Below, in pieces: positions 43,285 to 56,392 of a DNA stretch of 64,000 bases. Origin of the DNA: Trichoplax sp. H2 (taxonomy: Eukaryota); the NCBI GenBank assembly GCA_003344405.1, contig NOWV01000032.1:434001-498000 (forward strand), read 5' to 3'. Within the stretch, counting starts at the first letter, position 1; every line of letters begins with the position of its first letter. The notes beneath the pieces are model-generated. The model did not search any database. It was not told the origin of the DNA and saw only the letters and a program-made list of their open reading frames with translations. The position numbers were made by a program, and so were the translations under genes.

Positions 43285-43850
43285 TACAGAATATTAACGA
43301 GCTGAACTAGAAAAGAAAGCTATCTACTACCGAATATTGTGCGGTATAGTGCAGCACGGGATGGTTTAATGTATGTGATTAACTTGCACTATACTGTAAA
43401 TCTACAGTTTTTGTAATTACGGAAGCCCTTTTTACTGGATACTGCAGTTACGATTTTAGAATTTACGGTATGCAGTAAGTTGGCAGAGGCGGCCGGCACT
43501 ATCGTAAAAATCACTCGTACTTTGAATTAACTGCAAACTAAATTGTTACTGATATACGAGTACAGTGTAGAGTACTGTATATACAAATTCTACGAGATCA
43601 CTACAAAGTACCTTCAGCTTCTCGATTTAAGGGATCTAAAGTTCACAGTAAGCCTAGATAAGATGATAAATTAGGATGCTGTACGATGGTAATGCTGAAC
43701 AAAATAAGCAAATACGTAAAGCGCTGTCGCCGAACAGGAGCTAGTGATATCTTCTGCTTGATGGAATATTTTTGAATGTCGCTTCTATCTGTGGTACGAG
43801 ACACTTTTATGGTAAAATGCTTGCCCCTGTTTGTTTTGTATATCGCCATA

Positions 43851-44025
43851 TCAAGGTCATTAAGGTCAAGTACGGTGCATGTGATTCATCAGTCTGTTGT
43901 TTTTGGCTTGGGAAAGATAGTAAACAAGATGACCTTGCGTACCCACGGATATGCTCAGTCATTAAGTATTGTTTACATATAGCGGCCTTTTTTACTTAAT
44001 TCTACAAGCTTCAGTGTGAAGGTCA
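43851..44025. promoter_or_regulatory. Proximal cluster of nuclear-receptor response elements upstream of COUP-TF
   Basis: TCAAGGTCA 43851-43859 abuts TTAAGGTCA 43860-43868 (also an AGGTCA-n3-AGGTCA DR3); TGACCTTG at 43930; TGAAGGTCA 44017-44025. Confidence 0.65.
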
Positions 44026-44082
44026 GGCTGGGGTCTGAGACACCGACATGCTTCACATAAGTGACCGTGACTTCAAGCGTAA

Positions 44083-44282
44083 CTGTAACTGTACGATATA
44101 CAGTACAGTACAGTACTCCATTGTACTGTACTGTATTGTACTGTACTGTACAGTGTACAGTACACTGTACAGTACTGTACAGTACAGTAGATAATTATAA
44201 CTAAGGGTTAAGGGTTTATACATTTTGTAAAATGACCGATGTACGGTACTGTACACTGTACAGTACTGTAGAGTACGGTACA
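44083..44282. repeat. GTACW satellite tracts upstream of COUP-TF
   Basis: Dense GTACA/GTACT units at 44100-44190 and 44240-44282. Confidence 0.9.
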
Positions 44283-45016
44283 TTATTTATGTTGCTTAGT
44301 AATTAACGTTGTATAACTAAATTTACGGATTCATTTAGAATTTATAACTCTACCGTACAGTAGGTTATAACTATGGACATTCTTGCGCGTAATTGTTCGT
44401 TTACTACTTTACCTTATGATCCTACAGTATAATTAATTAATTAATTAAGAGATATATATAATGATATGCTATGGATTGTAATTGTAGGCGAAGTGTATTT
44501 AGAGACCACCATTTTTCAATCGATAAAGTGAGTACGATTAGAAGTAAACAGTTCTTATATTGTACAATTTCTACCAGAAATGCAATTTGCAAATTCAAAG
44601 TCAATTAGGATCGAAACTTAACTTAATTTAGCAACTTTATCAAAATAATCACACTCAGTGCCGCAATAATACGCGTAAACACAGGATGTGACGATAGTGC
44701 AGCACAGATTATACAGTCTGTAGTTATAGAGTTCCTTAGGGTTATCATTGTTGTTTTACTAAAGATCAATCTCTAGCAATTTGCTTTGGATAAACCTAAA
44801 CAGTAGTTTCATATTGTCTATTATGTGTTTTCTATATGATAAAACGCGTATTTAACTATAAAATTAAAACAGTTTTTGTACAGACAGTAAACGATCTAGC
44901 CATTAGAATGCCATAGTGACAGTGGTTTCTTATTCTTTTCTTATTATGGACTACAGTATTATTATGAATATAACCTTTTAGCACTAAAAAGACGCCTACG
45001 GTAGTCTATTCAGCAA

Positions 45017-45215
45017 ACCTTGACCTTGACTTTGTTCGGTCGCAAAATCGTTAAGGTCAGTGACCCGAAACTAAAACCGCGACTTTGTAATAAAAAAAAG
45101 TCAAATCTAACACCACTGATCTAGTCATGACGTCACATGATTACACACGGGTCACGGGCAGGTCAAGGCGATCATGACTTCTCGCTTGTTGACTTTTTTG
45201 ACCTTGACTTGACTT
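45017..45215. promoter_or_regulatory. Distal dense cluster of nuclear-receptor half-sites plus CRE (candidate enhancer)
   Basis: 12 RRGTCA hexamers in ~200 bp (6 are RGGTCA). Includes IR1 AGGTCAgTGACCC 45054-45066, DR5 GGGTCAcgggcAGGTCA 45149-45165, TGACCTTGA at 45021 and 45199, and CRE TGACGTCA 45128-45135. Confidence 0.7.
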
Positions 45216-45975
45216 TTACACTTACAAAGCTCTGATTACCGTCTGCACGTACAGTACTGTAACTCTGTAAGTCCACCGAGAAACTGTGGCCGCGACCTGT
45301 CATGACATTTCATTACTGTTTAATTAACTTTACTGTAACAATACAGTACAATGTACGTACTGGTCACTCTTGGACGGATAGACGTTTTCGGTCTCATCTC
45401 GTCAAAATATCTTACCAAACAAACACTTCGTTTTGGTACTACTGTACTTCAGTATGCAGACGGTCGATTTTGAATTAACTGATAATTTCTCAGTTAACTA
45501 ATGTTACATTGAATCTTATTATCTGTTACAAAGTTCAGATCAACAGTATTATCCTACTCCTACAATTTTTATAGAATTTTATAGTATTTTCGTACTGCTG
45601 ATACTATGAAAGTATAAATTCGTCGCCATTCAATCATAATGGAAAGTCAATGAAAATTGATTGTCCAAAGCTTATTTAGTGGTCACTTTTCTACCTACTG
45701 TACTGTAGTTATAGAGGAGACATCAGTAACAGTAAAGAGCTGGATCGTCAAGTCACATTGTCTACTGCTTTATAGATGCTATTTAATTTAGTACAGTACA
45801 AGCGATTTTAGAAAACAGACATAGAAGATCCATACTAAGTGCAGTAGCCACTTTTCGATATTTGCTTTAAGTAGACCTAACTGTAAGGCCTCATTTGATG
45901 AGAAAAATCCGTCTGTCTGAGATCTCCTTCCAGCCATGCAGTACAGTATAAAAAAGCAAGGGTTTCGTACTATGG

Positions 45976-46038
45976 ACTGTACTAAAATACTGTACTACTG
46001 TACTGTACTGTACAGTACGTACAGTACAGTACAGTACA
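45976..46038. repeat. GTACW satellite tract
   Basis: TGTACTACTGTACTGTACTGTACAGTACGTACAGTACAGTACAGTACA. Confidence 0.85.
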
Positions 46039-46241
46039 TTTACAAATCGGTCAAATCCATAATAAAATTTTACCGCCATTAGTTCAAGTAAACAGTTATT
46101 TATTACTTCAAGTTCTTTAATGTTCAAATATCACCATCACTTTCATAAAAATAAGTTGATTGCAATGTAAATCGCTACGATTACACGGACTGTACAGTAC
46201 CAAAATATTCGCAGATACTGTAAGATACCACTTTTCGAGTA

Positions 46242-46895
46242 CTACCATGGGTTAGTGCATCGCCAAAGTCTTGATCTAGTTCTTTCGAATTGTTTACGAA
46301 AATTACGCATTCGTTGCTTTTCACTTTTCATTACTTTATTACAAATGCGGATAGCCTTCGTGTTGCGTTGTTTCTTATTTCTAAGTGCTTGACAGAATCT
46401 TTGATTTACAAACAATCTTAGACTGTGGCATTTCCTTTGCTTAAATTGTAATTGCTGTTTCTGACGGAGGAGATTGCTCAATTGGGATTCTAAAGTTTTC
46501 ACATATTGTTCCTGAACTGTCAATCTCTTCTTAGATGCAGAAAGTAACCTCAGCAACGATATGTAATTCGGACAAGACTGATAAGCTTTAGGAAGTTCTT
46601 TATCATCATTCTCGAAGTCATGATATAGCGGAGCAAGGAAATCTCTGACTTGGGTTTCATAAAACGGTATTTCGTCGAATGCACGCGTATTATGAAATGC
46701 GGTTAAACCTCCAGGAGTTGCCTGTTTATTGCTAGTCAATGTCGATCCTTTATCGTAGTTCTTGAAAATTTGATTCGAAGATGTTGAAATGCCAAGATCC
46801 AGTGATTCACTATGAACAGCTCTATTCGTAGCTAAAGCTAAAATATTGATGTTAGCCGAGAGTATTAGAAAGGCAAAGGTATACGAAAGTATCAT
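46242..46895 (-). CDS. Orphan secreted protein (signal peptide, coiled coil, basic Cys-containing C-terminus), 217 aa, single coding exon
   Basis: Long ORF. ATG 46895 is followed by hydrophobic MILSYTFAFLILSANINILALA; heptad-like LTVQEQYVKTLESQLSNLLRQKQQL; K/R-rich tail. Confidence 0.65.
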   Translation of the reverse strand: MILSYTFAFLILSANINILALATNRAVHSESLDLGISTSSNQIFKNYDKGSTLTSNKQATPGGLTAFHNTRAFDEIPFYETQVRDFLAPLYHDFENDDKELPKAYQSCPNYISLLRLLSASKKRLTVQEQYVKTLESQLSNLLRQKQQLQFKQRKCHSLRLFVNQRFCQALRNKKQRNTKAIRICNKVMKSEKQRMRNFRKQFERTRSRLWRCTNPW

Positions 46896-49021
46896 TTTGT
46901 CTTGTAGTACGAGTACTGTTTGCTCAATATACAGTAATATAGATCTCACTGCTGTATTCGTATACTACTACAGTACAGTTGTTCACGGTTGGTAAATTTT
47001 CAACAGAAATAAGATTCGCTGTAGTTAGCAACAAATTGGAAAGTGATTATCAAGATTTAAAGACGCTATTAAATAGAGAATATAAATTATGATAAGGTCG
47101 ATAATTTAGTTGTTATTCACTTCAAATTCCAACAGAAAATATAATACTTGTTACTGTAAGAAGATATGCTTTTGTTTTATCCTAGAGATGTTTGAGGTGC
47201 AATAACTATTTCATAGCTATTAATGAGGCATTGAAATTATAGTATTTTATAATAAACCGCTAATACGTAAGTGTTTACCAAGTCCGAATGTGATAACTTT
47301 CTTAAAAATCACTGTATGAAGAAATTGATACAATGACGTACAATCAACTATATTTTGTATATAGTGCTGGCTCTGCGTACACTCTATTGTTGAATTTTTC
47401 AATGATCACTGCCTAATTTGTAAATTTTCTATCCTTGCATGTTTATATCTTACATTGCTTCCTAAGATAGCCATAATACTATATAATTTTAAATAATTTA
47501 TATTTACTAGCCGATAAATTTACCACGAAATATTAAATTTTATAAATTTAATGTTATCGAAAAGGACTTCAAACATAAACTCAGATATCTCGCTATGTGG
47601 ATCATTATCCTAAGTGAATTTAATTTAACAAATATATAAGATTAAGGAGTAACTGATCGCATTAATTGTAGAAATAATGGTTCCAGTTGTTTATAGAGTA
47701 CATATGTGTATGAAATTCTATCAAGAACTAACTGTATCATTAGCGCGTAGAACACCTTTGAGTATGACAAAAGCTAATAAACTAGCTATATAGTAGATAA
47801 CCGTTTTCCCTTCATTACCGCTATCAAAATGAGAACGTTATAGAATACGTGTGATTGTAAGTACTGGATTATTTGCAGTTCAGCAAACCGATCTGGCTCA
47901 GTGGTCAAGCAGATTTAATTATTTATAATTAATATGCGTAAATAGCGAAGTTTAAGACGCGCGAAGTACAGTACATTATGTTCTAGTTGTAAATTACCCA
48001 CCGGAACCTACAAAATATACTGTAAATAAAATCTATCTATCTAAGGACACAAAGATGTGTTATAATTAGGGGTTAAATAGAAAGTAATTTTAATTATTAA
48101 TTACTGATGAAGCGCAACCGGGTCTCGGCGACATTTATTTTCGCTGAAAGATATCTACTTTAGAGGAATGTTTAAAGTTGATATTCAAATATTTGCACTA
48201 CCAGGACCTACAATGCAGATGTACCTCAGCACGTTGTGTTGCTGCGAGTAACTTCATTTTTAATTTTTCTACTAAGTTGTGACATTATTTACGCTCATAG
48301 CCCACAGCAGTTAAATTTAGTACCATTTAGAGCGATAGCATACGATGATCAATAAAATTATACGTTGGTATTTGCTAATTAAAGGGAGAAAGTTAAAGGC
48401 TTTTCTAGCTCCAACCTAGCGTTTCTTTCAAGGACAAGGTACTAGTTGCCAATAATTAATAAATATAATTACATCACGAAGGCAATTCTTTTGAGGGAGG
48501 CGGGTTGATATGCGATCGTATGTTTTATGTTACGCTTGCGTACTCACTATTAAAGTTTACTTTCAGTCTTAGAGCAACATGGGTACTCAAGATATTTATT
48601 TCATTGATAATTCGTACATGTTTTTACAATTTGAGACTACTTTACAAGAAAATTCCGTTACTGTATATATAAATTTGTAGTTCATTTTCGGATTGCTTAT
48701 ATTCTAGCATAATAGCGGTAGTTAAGTAACTAGGTACAACTCACTAACTGCATGTCAAAACCTAAGTGGTTAACATAGGTTACAAACCTTACGTCACAAA
48801 AGCAAGAGCCGGAAATTAATTTCGGAATATATTAATATAATGAACTCGATTGCAAGCAGATTTTAATAATCTATCCCATTACCTACCAATGTACCCAGTG
48901 CAATGGGCTAAAAAAATCAATTATTTTCAAATGCAGTTCTTAATTAATCACGTCTTAATAAGTTATCTAAGTTTGCTCGAGAAGGCATGTCGTAAATTAT
49001 GATAAATTATGATAAATTACG

Positions 49022-52000
49022 TCAGTCTTGAGATAAGAAATGATCTTCGAAGGAGGCAATCAGATCACTTTGTCCACACAAATCAATGTGACCAGCAGCC
49101 TATTGTAATTATAAGCAAATAGTATAATAATTGTAAGTTGCAGGAACAGCAACGTTATTGATATCTACTTATTTTTTACATGCTACATACAGCTTGTCGT
49201 TTTCTGCGTTCCTCTTCTTTCAGTCGTTGCATTGCAAGATTTTTTTCTTCGTGTTTCTTCATCTCTTCTAATCTCTCAAGCTCTAACTGCTCCTTCCTAG
49301 CATTTTCCAACGCTTCGTCTTCTTCTTGATCTCTGAAATATATATTAGTACAGATGATTGCAAGATATTGTATCACAGCGAGCACAAATATTCATGTAAA
49401 CCTCTTTTTCTCTTCCGCGATGCGTATGCGGTCAGCTTCCTTTTGTTGTTTCTCCTTCTTGATGTACTCTACCTGTAATCGCCTTTTTCTTTCCTATATA
49501 ATATTAGGGTAGGAATTAGTATGTAGGCAGTTAATGCACAAATACATATCGATAAGTTTAGCAAACCCGTTCTTCCTTTTCTTTGGCTTGCCTCTTAAAG
49601 TCTTGAAAGCTGTTAGTCATTTTATCGCTCGGAACAGATAGGGCTGATACATCGGCGGTGGCAATATTGCACCACGAATTTACATTCTTCAGCTTTACTG
49701 CCGTCTAAATCACAAGGAATACAATAACAGATTGGAGCAACCGAATCTTTAGATTCTTCATTGCTGATATGTATTACACAAGTATTGGCGCAACCTTAGT
49801 ATCAGAATTTGGGCTTGGCATAGATGGTGACTGTGTCATGTATTCCTTTCCTATATTACCGAGTTAAATAAATTTTAAACTATCAAACTACTCAGAGAAA
49901 ACAGTTTAAATTCATATTGCATATTTAATTATCCGTGGTAGCAATATGGTAAGTACATTGAAACTAGCGAAAGGGCGCTCAATATATTGCTAGTGAATAC
50001 AGAAGTATCTATAATCAATATAATACCTGTTTTCTCTGGGCTCAAGGAGAGAACCTTATCGTCTAGTAATGTAAATGTTACCTTTTCTGATGATGCAATA
50101 GGGTTGGCATTTACAGAGCTATTTCCTAAATGACGACAAATCGAATTCGATTGATTACAAAGAAACTTGTCGAATAAAACAGCAGCTTAAATTCTAATGA
50201 AGGTGACCTCAATAATGTACTGCAGACGGCAATATTGTCAATACATCCATTGGCAAGATAAAGTTTATCCTTTGGTGATCTAAGTATATTTTAACTCGAT
50301 AATCATTTACTAACCAATATCAGGTGATGACGTTAGCTTATTAGTAGCAAGTACTGTAGGAGCATCATTTCGGAAAGGTTTGTCATTTACTGTATCAGCT
50401 TCATTGAAAGGGTAGCATTCTGCCTCCTTTACAGGCTTATCCTTAGCAATGTCATCACGTCCTTAACGTTGGCAAAAGTGTGCGTTAATGTTCCTTATAC
50501 TCGGACTTACCAATTCCCAATAATTATACGAAGTAATACAAACCTTCAGTGAACTTCTCTGCAGCATCGATAGCAGTCGTTTCCGTACTGTTGAGATCCT
50601 TAGAACTGTTTTTTGTAAATACCTGACAAAGCAATTAAGGAGTAAGTCTTGTAATTTGGCTTATCTACTAGAACTTTTAGCGTCATTCACCTTTTCTGTG
50701 CTGTCGCTTCCATCTTCAGTTGTAATTGCTCGACCGTTTTCTGATTTAAGGTATACAGTAGTAGAAATCATAAGTTTCGTTATAGAAATATTTTCACTAA
50801 TATTTCAGACAATAATCAACCATGCATTTTACAGGATAATTTACACATACGTAGATGCAGTTGCAGACAGTAAGAAATCAAATATCTTCGTAAAAATCGC
50901 GTTTATTTAAACAAACGTATATTGGTAGCACATCAGTGCGGTTGATTTTACAACAGTATAAGTTTTACTATTGATCTTTTGGTTCAATATAAATAGGTTA
51001 CATCAGAATCGCAAACTCGCGAGGGGTTATGATTATAGTTAATGAAAAAGTAACTAAATTAGATGGCAATTTCTTTAGTAATACACTATAATTCCGTTTC
51101 AAGCTCTTATTACTAGAACTTGTGCGTTACTAGAATCATATCTAACATCAATATACACACTTAAATATAAGCTATGTCTAAATAAAAGTCAATGTAATTT
51201 ATATTCAGTTTTTCTACCGCAATTCAATTACGAACGCTTCCCAATTCCCGTAACAGGGAACGATTTGGAAATGTCGCTACAATTACAACTAACTTTATTT
51301 TACCGTCCTTGTTTCAATCTTACTATTTGTTGTAGCATATGCAGTTAATATAACCGAAAGAAACGACTTGACAACAAACGGTGTGTGTATCAAATTTTGC
51401 AATATAAAACTGGAGATTTGTGTACATTCTCCAATAACTATATAGTGACTCAATCTTGCACTATTACAAATAGAAAGTTTGTCATGCATTTACAACATTT
51501 ATTAGCTTCAAGCCCGCTGCCAACTAGCTATCGATTAAAATTTACCGCTAAGGCAGCGTATGAATTAAGCATTATCATACAGGTACCCACATCAAGACGG
51601 ACGATAATCCCTCGAGTAATAGCACCGTAACTTTTCACGAATATTACATGTCGAATTGGCGACAAGAGGCTCTAATTACTACCTGATTCTGATTCACTAG
51701 AACTTGCTGATGATGATCCTGAACTGGATTCAGAGTCAGAAGAAGATCCAGACGACTCTGAGTCGCTGGTTTCGCTTAACCGTGCAGCACGACTGCCAAC
51801 TACATCAATTACTGAGTCCTCTTTTGCTTCTACTAAAGAGAGTATATACACTATAATTAATCTGAGTAGCAAATTCCGGATTAAAAGTGCCATGATTACC
51901 TTTCTTTCTCTTGATTGGAGGTGCGGAGCCTAACCTATCACTTACATCTTGCAACCTTCTTTCTAATTCTTCCTTCTTCTTTGCATGTTCTTTTCCTAAA

Positions 52001-55000
52001 ACAACCGGATCAGCCTTCTTGACGCCTAAATTTTTTATCAGAATCTCATCAATTATCCTGTCTTTTATAAAGGTAATAGATCGATCTATACGCTGTATTA
52101 CTAGGTCGTTTTTGTCTCTTTAAAGTTGACTGTACATAGCGTTCCAATTCGCGTAATGTAGAAGGTTTCAAAGTTTCAAAGTCTATTTCAATTTCTTCAG
52201 GATTTGATTCACGCAATGCTGGTTCTCTTGATTGAATAATATGCACGACACGGCCTAGTTTGTCTCCTAGAAAGAATGCATTTAGCTTGTATTATGAAGA
52301 TAAATAAGTAATTAATGGTTACCTGGCAATTTGTTTATATCGAGACTAAGCTGCCTCTTTTCATCGTATGTCATAGGCTCGACATCCAGTACCTCAGAAT
52401 TGTAAGACTTTTTTCTTTTTCTAGATCTGTTCAGTTAAAGATGTAAATCGTTGTATGAAATAATATATCTTTGATAGTAAAATTACAAGAAATTAAAAGA
52501 TGTCTTACTTTGGTGGAGGCGTTTTCTTTCGTTGTTTCTTTTTGACAGGCTGCTTAGGTTTAGGTTTAGACGTACCTTGAGATGATTTTTTTGAAGCTTT
52601 ACCCTTGGTATTGGCTAATTTAGTATTCGTTGATTTTACATGTTTCTTTTTTTCGCGTTTTTTCGGTTTTGGTTTTTCCTTAGATAAAGCTGTCAATTCT
52701 TTGGTCACTGTAGCAAGCTATCAGCAAAGCATAACGTTAATACTATAGTACTTGGTTATAAAATAATTTCGGATTAGTGATTGTGCACCTTCTTATGCAG
52801 TTGCGCTAATTTGTTAGCTCTATCTTCTTCACTATCGTGTGACGAATCTGAATCACTGGATTCCTGCTCTATTTCCGGTTCCGGTTCCGGTTCCGGCTCT
52901 AGTTCAACCTCAGAGCTACTAGATTCATCAGGTATTTGAGCATACTTAAATTCAAATACATCCTGCAATCTCCTCGCCATGTTTACAATATCATGATCAG
53001 AAGGATTGTATTTGTAACAATTGGTAAAGATCAATCGTACGTCAGCAGCGAATTCATTAATAGCTTTATACTCTAATTTTTCAAATTTATCCTAAAGAAA
53101 AACAATATCATCAATTTCAAAATGTTATAACGCTGGAATTATGTGGATAACTTTACCTTAACAGTTCCAAGATCCATAGGATGCTTTATAATTTCATAAT
53201 AATCGGTAAGTCCAAGCTTTTCTGCGTTGACTGGCTCATAAAATGGCCACGCGTAAGCCTAGATAAGAGATATACATGTATAAATAATCAAGTTTTAAGT
53301 GAACTGCTTCTACAGCTTAACATACTCGATGCTTCTTCAGCATTAACTCCTTAAGAACCTCCTTGCAAAATTTCATCTGAGGATTCATTTTCTTTTTTTT
53401 CCCCTTCTGTAATAAACAACAATGGTTTACAACCTTTTTAATATATAAGAACATTAAGTTTCAGTACCTTCACCTCGGTAGGTAAATCTTTAACTGGCTT
53501 CTTAATCCGTCGTTTCGACTGATTTCTATTGGATTCTGATTTGGCGGGAATTGTATGAATCGGTGTCGGTGTTGTTGTGTCAGCTTTTCTTTTAACGCCT
53601 TTCTTTACCTATTTCATATAGTAATCGCTGCCAACGTTAGTGTATAATCTTATATTTAGTCACTACCACTAAACATACTTTTGCTAATGATTTCGTAGCA
53701 GAAGCTTGGGGCTGCGGCGCTACGGAAACAGTAGGTACCGGAGCTGAAGACGATGTAACTGGTGAACCGGAGGCTGGAACTGGCGCGGTGACTGAAACAA
53801 TCAGAATATGTGGTCAAAAAATCGCAACCAGATGCTAATAGATCTGAACTTTTAAAGACCTGCTCTCTCCTTTTTCGACTTTTCTTTGCCTTGTAAGCTT
53901 GGTGGAGTTTTAATCTTTGAGGTAATTTCAAACTCCTTGCATTTAATAGATATTAATTAGAAATCTGTGGCAGAAAGTAACATTATAGGTATTTTTTATG
54001 TACTTTACCTGTGCAGGCATTTGAGCTAATTTCTTTTTATATACTTTTTCTAATTCTTCGCACATTAGAACAATATCGTCGCTGGTTTTGTTATAAGTAT
54101 AGCAGTTAGTGAATGTTCGGAGAATATCATCCATACATTCTTTTGCAGAATGATACATTTTCCCTTCCAACTTTCGCTTTATTGTGCCTAAATCCATCGG
54201 CTTCTTGATGATCTTGAAGTAGTCCTATAGATCACATTGCATGTAAGGTCAAAGTTGTTATTAACAGGACTACTGATATTTACAGCTAGAAATTATATTT
54301 TATGATTTACATAACGTGTTATACAATCCCAATAAAAATTATATCACAAACCGGTAATTGAAGCTTGACAGGATCAACAGGCTGCCGAAATGGCCAGGCG
54401 TATCTGTGCTTCCATAGGCCATCTATAACTGTCTTCAGGAAACGAAGCTGATTTGTATCACGACCTTTACCCTGAACTTTCTGTAATACGACAATAATTA
54501 CTTCAGTTTAGCCATTATAGGATTGACAACAACTTTACGGTTAGACAGATGTATTCGAAGACATGATATGCACACTGTAACAGTCTAATACTCGTTAACG
54601 AAAAGAAGAATCTAACGAATATTGCAGTATAATTTTCTTACAGCACTGTTGTTTAATCAAATTGTGTTATGTCATAAACGCGTTACAAATGCGACAATAA
54701 GGTTAAGAAGCCGCATATGTGCCTGCTCTATCTTACGGAATTCAATTACAACTTTCAAAATGCGAATCAGTATTCTTCTCTATAAATACTACTTTACAGT
54801 GGTATGTAATAATAGATGACTTTTACATTATGCAGTATCGCAGGTGCCATGAAAAACCGCATCCTTCTCTAATCCCTTATTGACAATGATAATGCTGTAA
54901 GTGAGTGGTAAGCATTACTACGCATTAGCGTACTGTACTTGCGTTTCTTGTAGGTATACTGTGCTGTAACACTGTCTACAACGTTCATAAGAGAGGGCAT

Positions 55001-56392
55001 AGATAAACAGAAACTTGACATTTATAAGCATTGCTATCTATAATTAAAGTCTTACGTCTGCAACAGACAATTTAATCTCAGACTAATCCGTGCGAAAGAT
55101 GTTTCAATCGCTGTTATGACGAAAAATTTTTCTAATCATCCCGATAGTCGATTACGGTACTTTTTTAATACTACAAACAGTATCAGAAATGTCTCCGATG
55201 CGCGAATTCACCCCACTCAAATAGTGTTTTGACTGAGACTGTAGCAATGCAATCACAAAATGCAGTACGTTTTGGCGTGCGTGTAGTCTGCGGTTTGTTG
55301 AGGCCTACTGCCGCGGATGCGGCCAGATGACTACGTAGTAACAAAAATTTTGTATTACATCTTTTACAGTGTCATTGATTTATTGTATACTCCACAGTCC
55401 TACCGCACTGTACTGTATATTTTGCATACATACATACAGTCGATTACTACAGTATAGTAAATTAAACAGTACGTTTCAGACCACGTTGACAATCGTATTG
55501 CATTCCGACATCAGTGAAAATAAAATATTACAATTAAAAAACACGGCACCGATTCGCTGACACACAACCAGTTTAAGTCAATCCTGGTACAAACCTAATT
55601 AATTAAAATTGATCATACTGTATTCAATTTTCTAAAGCTGTTTCAGGATATTGGTATGTTAGGACGTAAAAAATCACATATTCATTGGCGTTACTAATAG
55701 CTGTAGAGACATCGTAGCCATTTCGTGAACTACAGTACAGTATTTAAAACAGAATCTGCTGCACCATACGCATATTTTACACTGCCAGCCAGTAACACAT
55801 TCTGTACTGCAGAATAACGTAGTATGATAGCATACACTAAACCCTGCAGGAATATTTCTGTGTTAAAACGTTAAAGCAAAGCAAAGTATTAACATATTTA
55901 AAGAGAAGTTTACACGGGATATCATAATCGAGATATGATTATGTAAAGTTATCGTAAATCAACGCTCCATATCCCTAATACTTTTTTATATTACGATTGA
56001 GGTCCAATTGACTTCGTTTTAGCCAGCACGATCAGAACAAGTAAGAACTATTTAACTAGCAATTTTTACATTTCAATTGACTGTAAATACTTATACTTTG
56101 CTTTCAGCCGCGTAGCTGAGTTAACATTAATAGTACCCAAACTTAAAATAATTTTAGAGGCAATCTCGTTATATAAAATATGAAAGAAGCCCTATTCCTA
56201 TAGCATGGACGTCAAGCACTGTGATACGAATCCTTGTTACTGGTTTCTTACCGTTTCTAACGGTTTTTCAAAATCCTCATATTTGCTAGATGATCGGCGA
56301 ATTCGCTTGCCCAAATTAGATGAGCTATCATCTTTCAGACCATTAACAGAGGACTGGTGAAGACAAACAGTAGATATATTGGTAGCATTCAT
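49022..56392 (-). CDS. BET-family bromodomain protein (BRD2/3/4/T, fs(1)h): BD1, BD2, ET, SEED, C-terminal motif; multi-exon
   Basis: First coding exon 56392-56252 (…[15 protein letters not shown]…); BD1 TNQLRFLK…[10 protein letters not shown]…[23 protein letters not shown]2 [10 protein letters not shown]…[30 protein letters not shown]…[18 protein letters not shown]; terminal [14 protein letters not shown]…*. Confidence 0.93.

Noticed and set aside
52874..52898. (CCGGTT)n hexamer repeat
   Set aside because: Encodes the EPEPEP low-complexity linker in the BET protein.
54825..54850. Alternative BET first exon MAPAILHN
   Set aside because: Weak donor; the 56392-56252 exon has a strong donor and a conserved motif.
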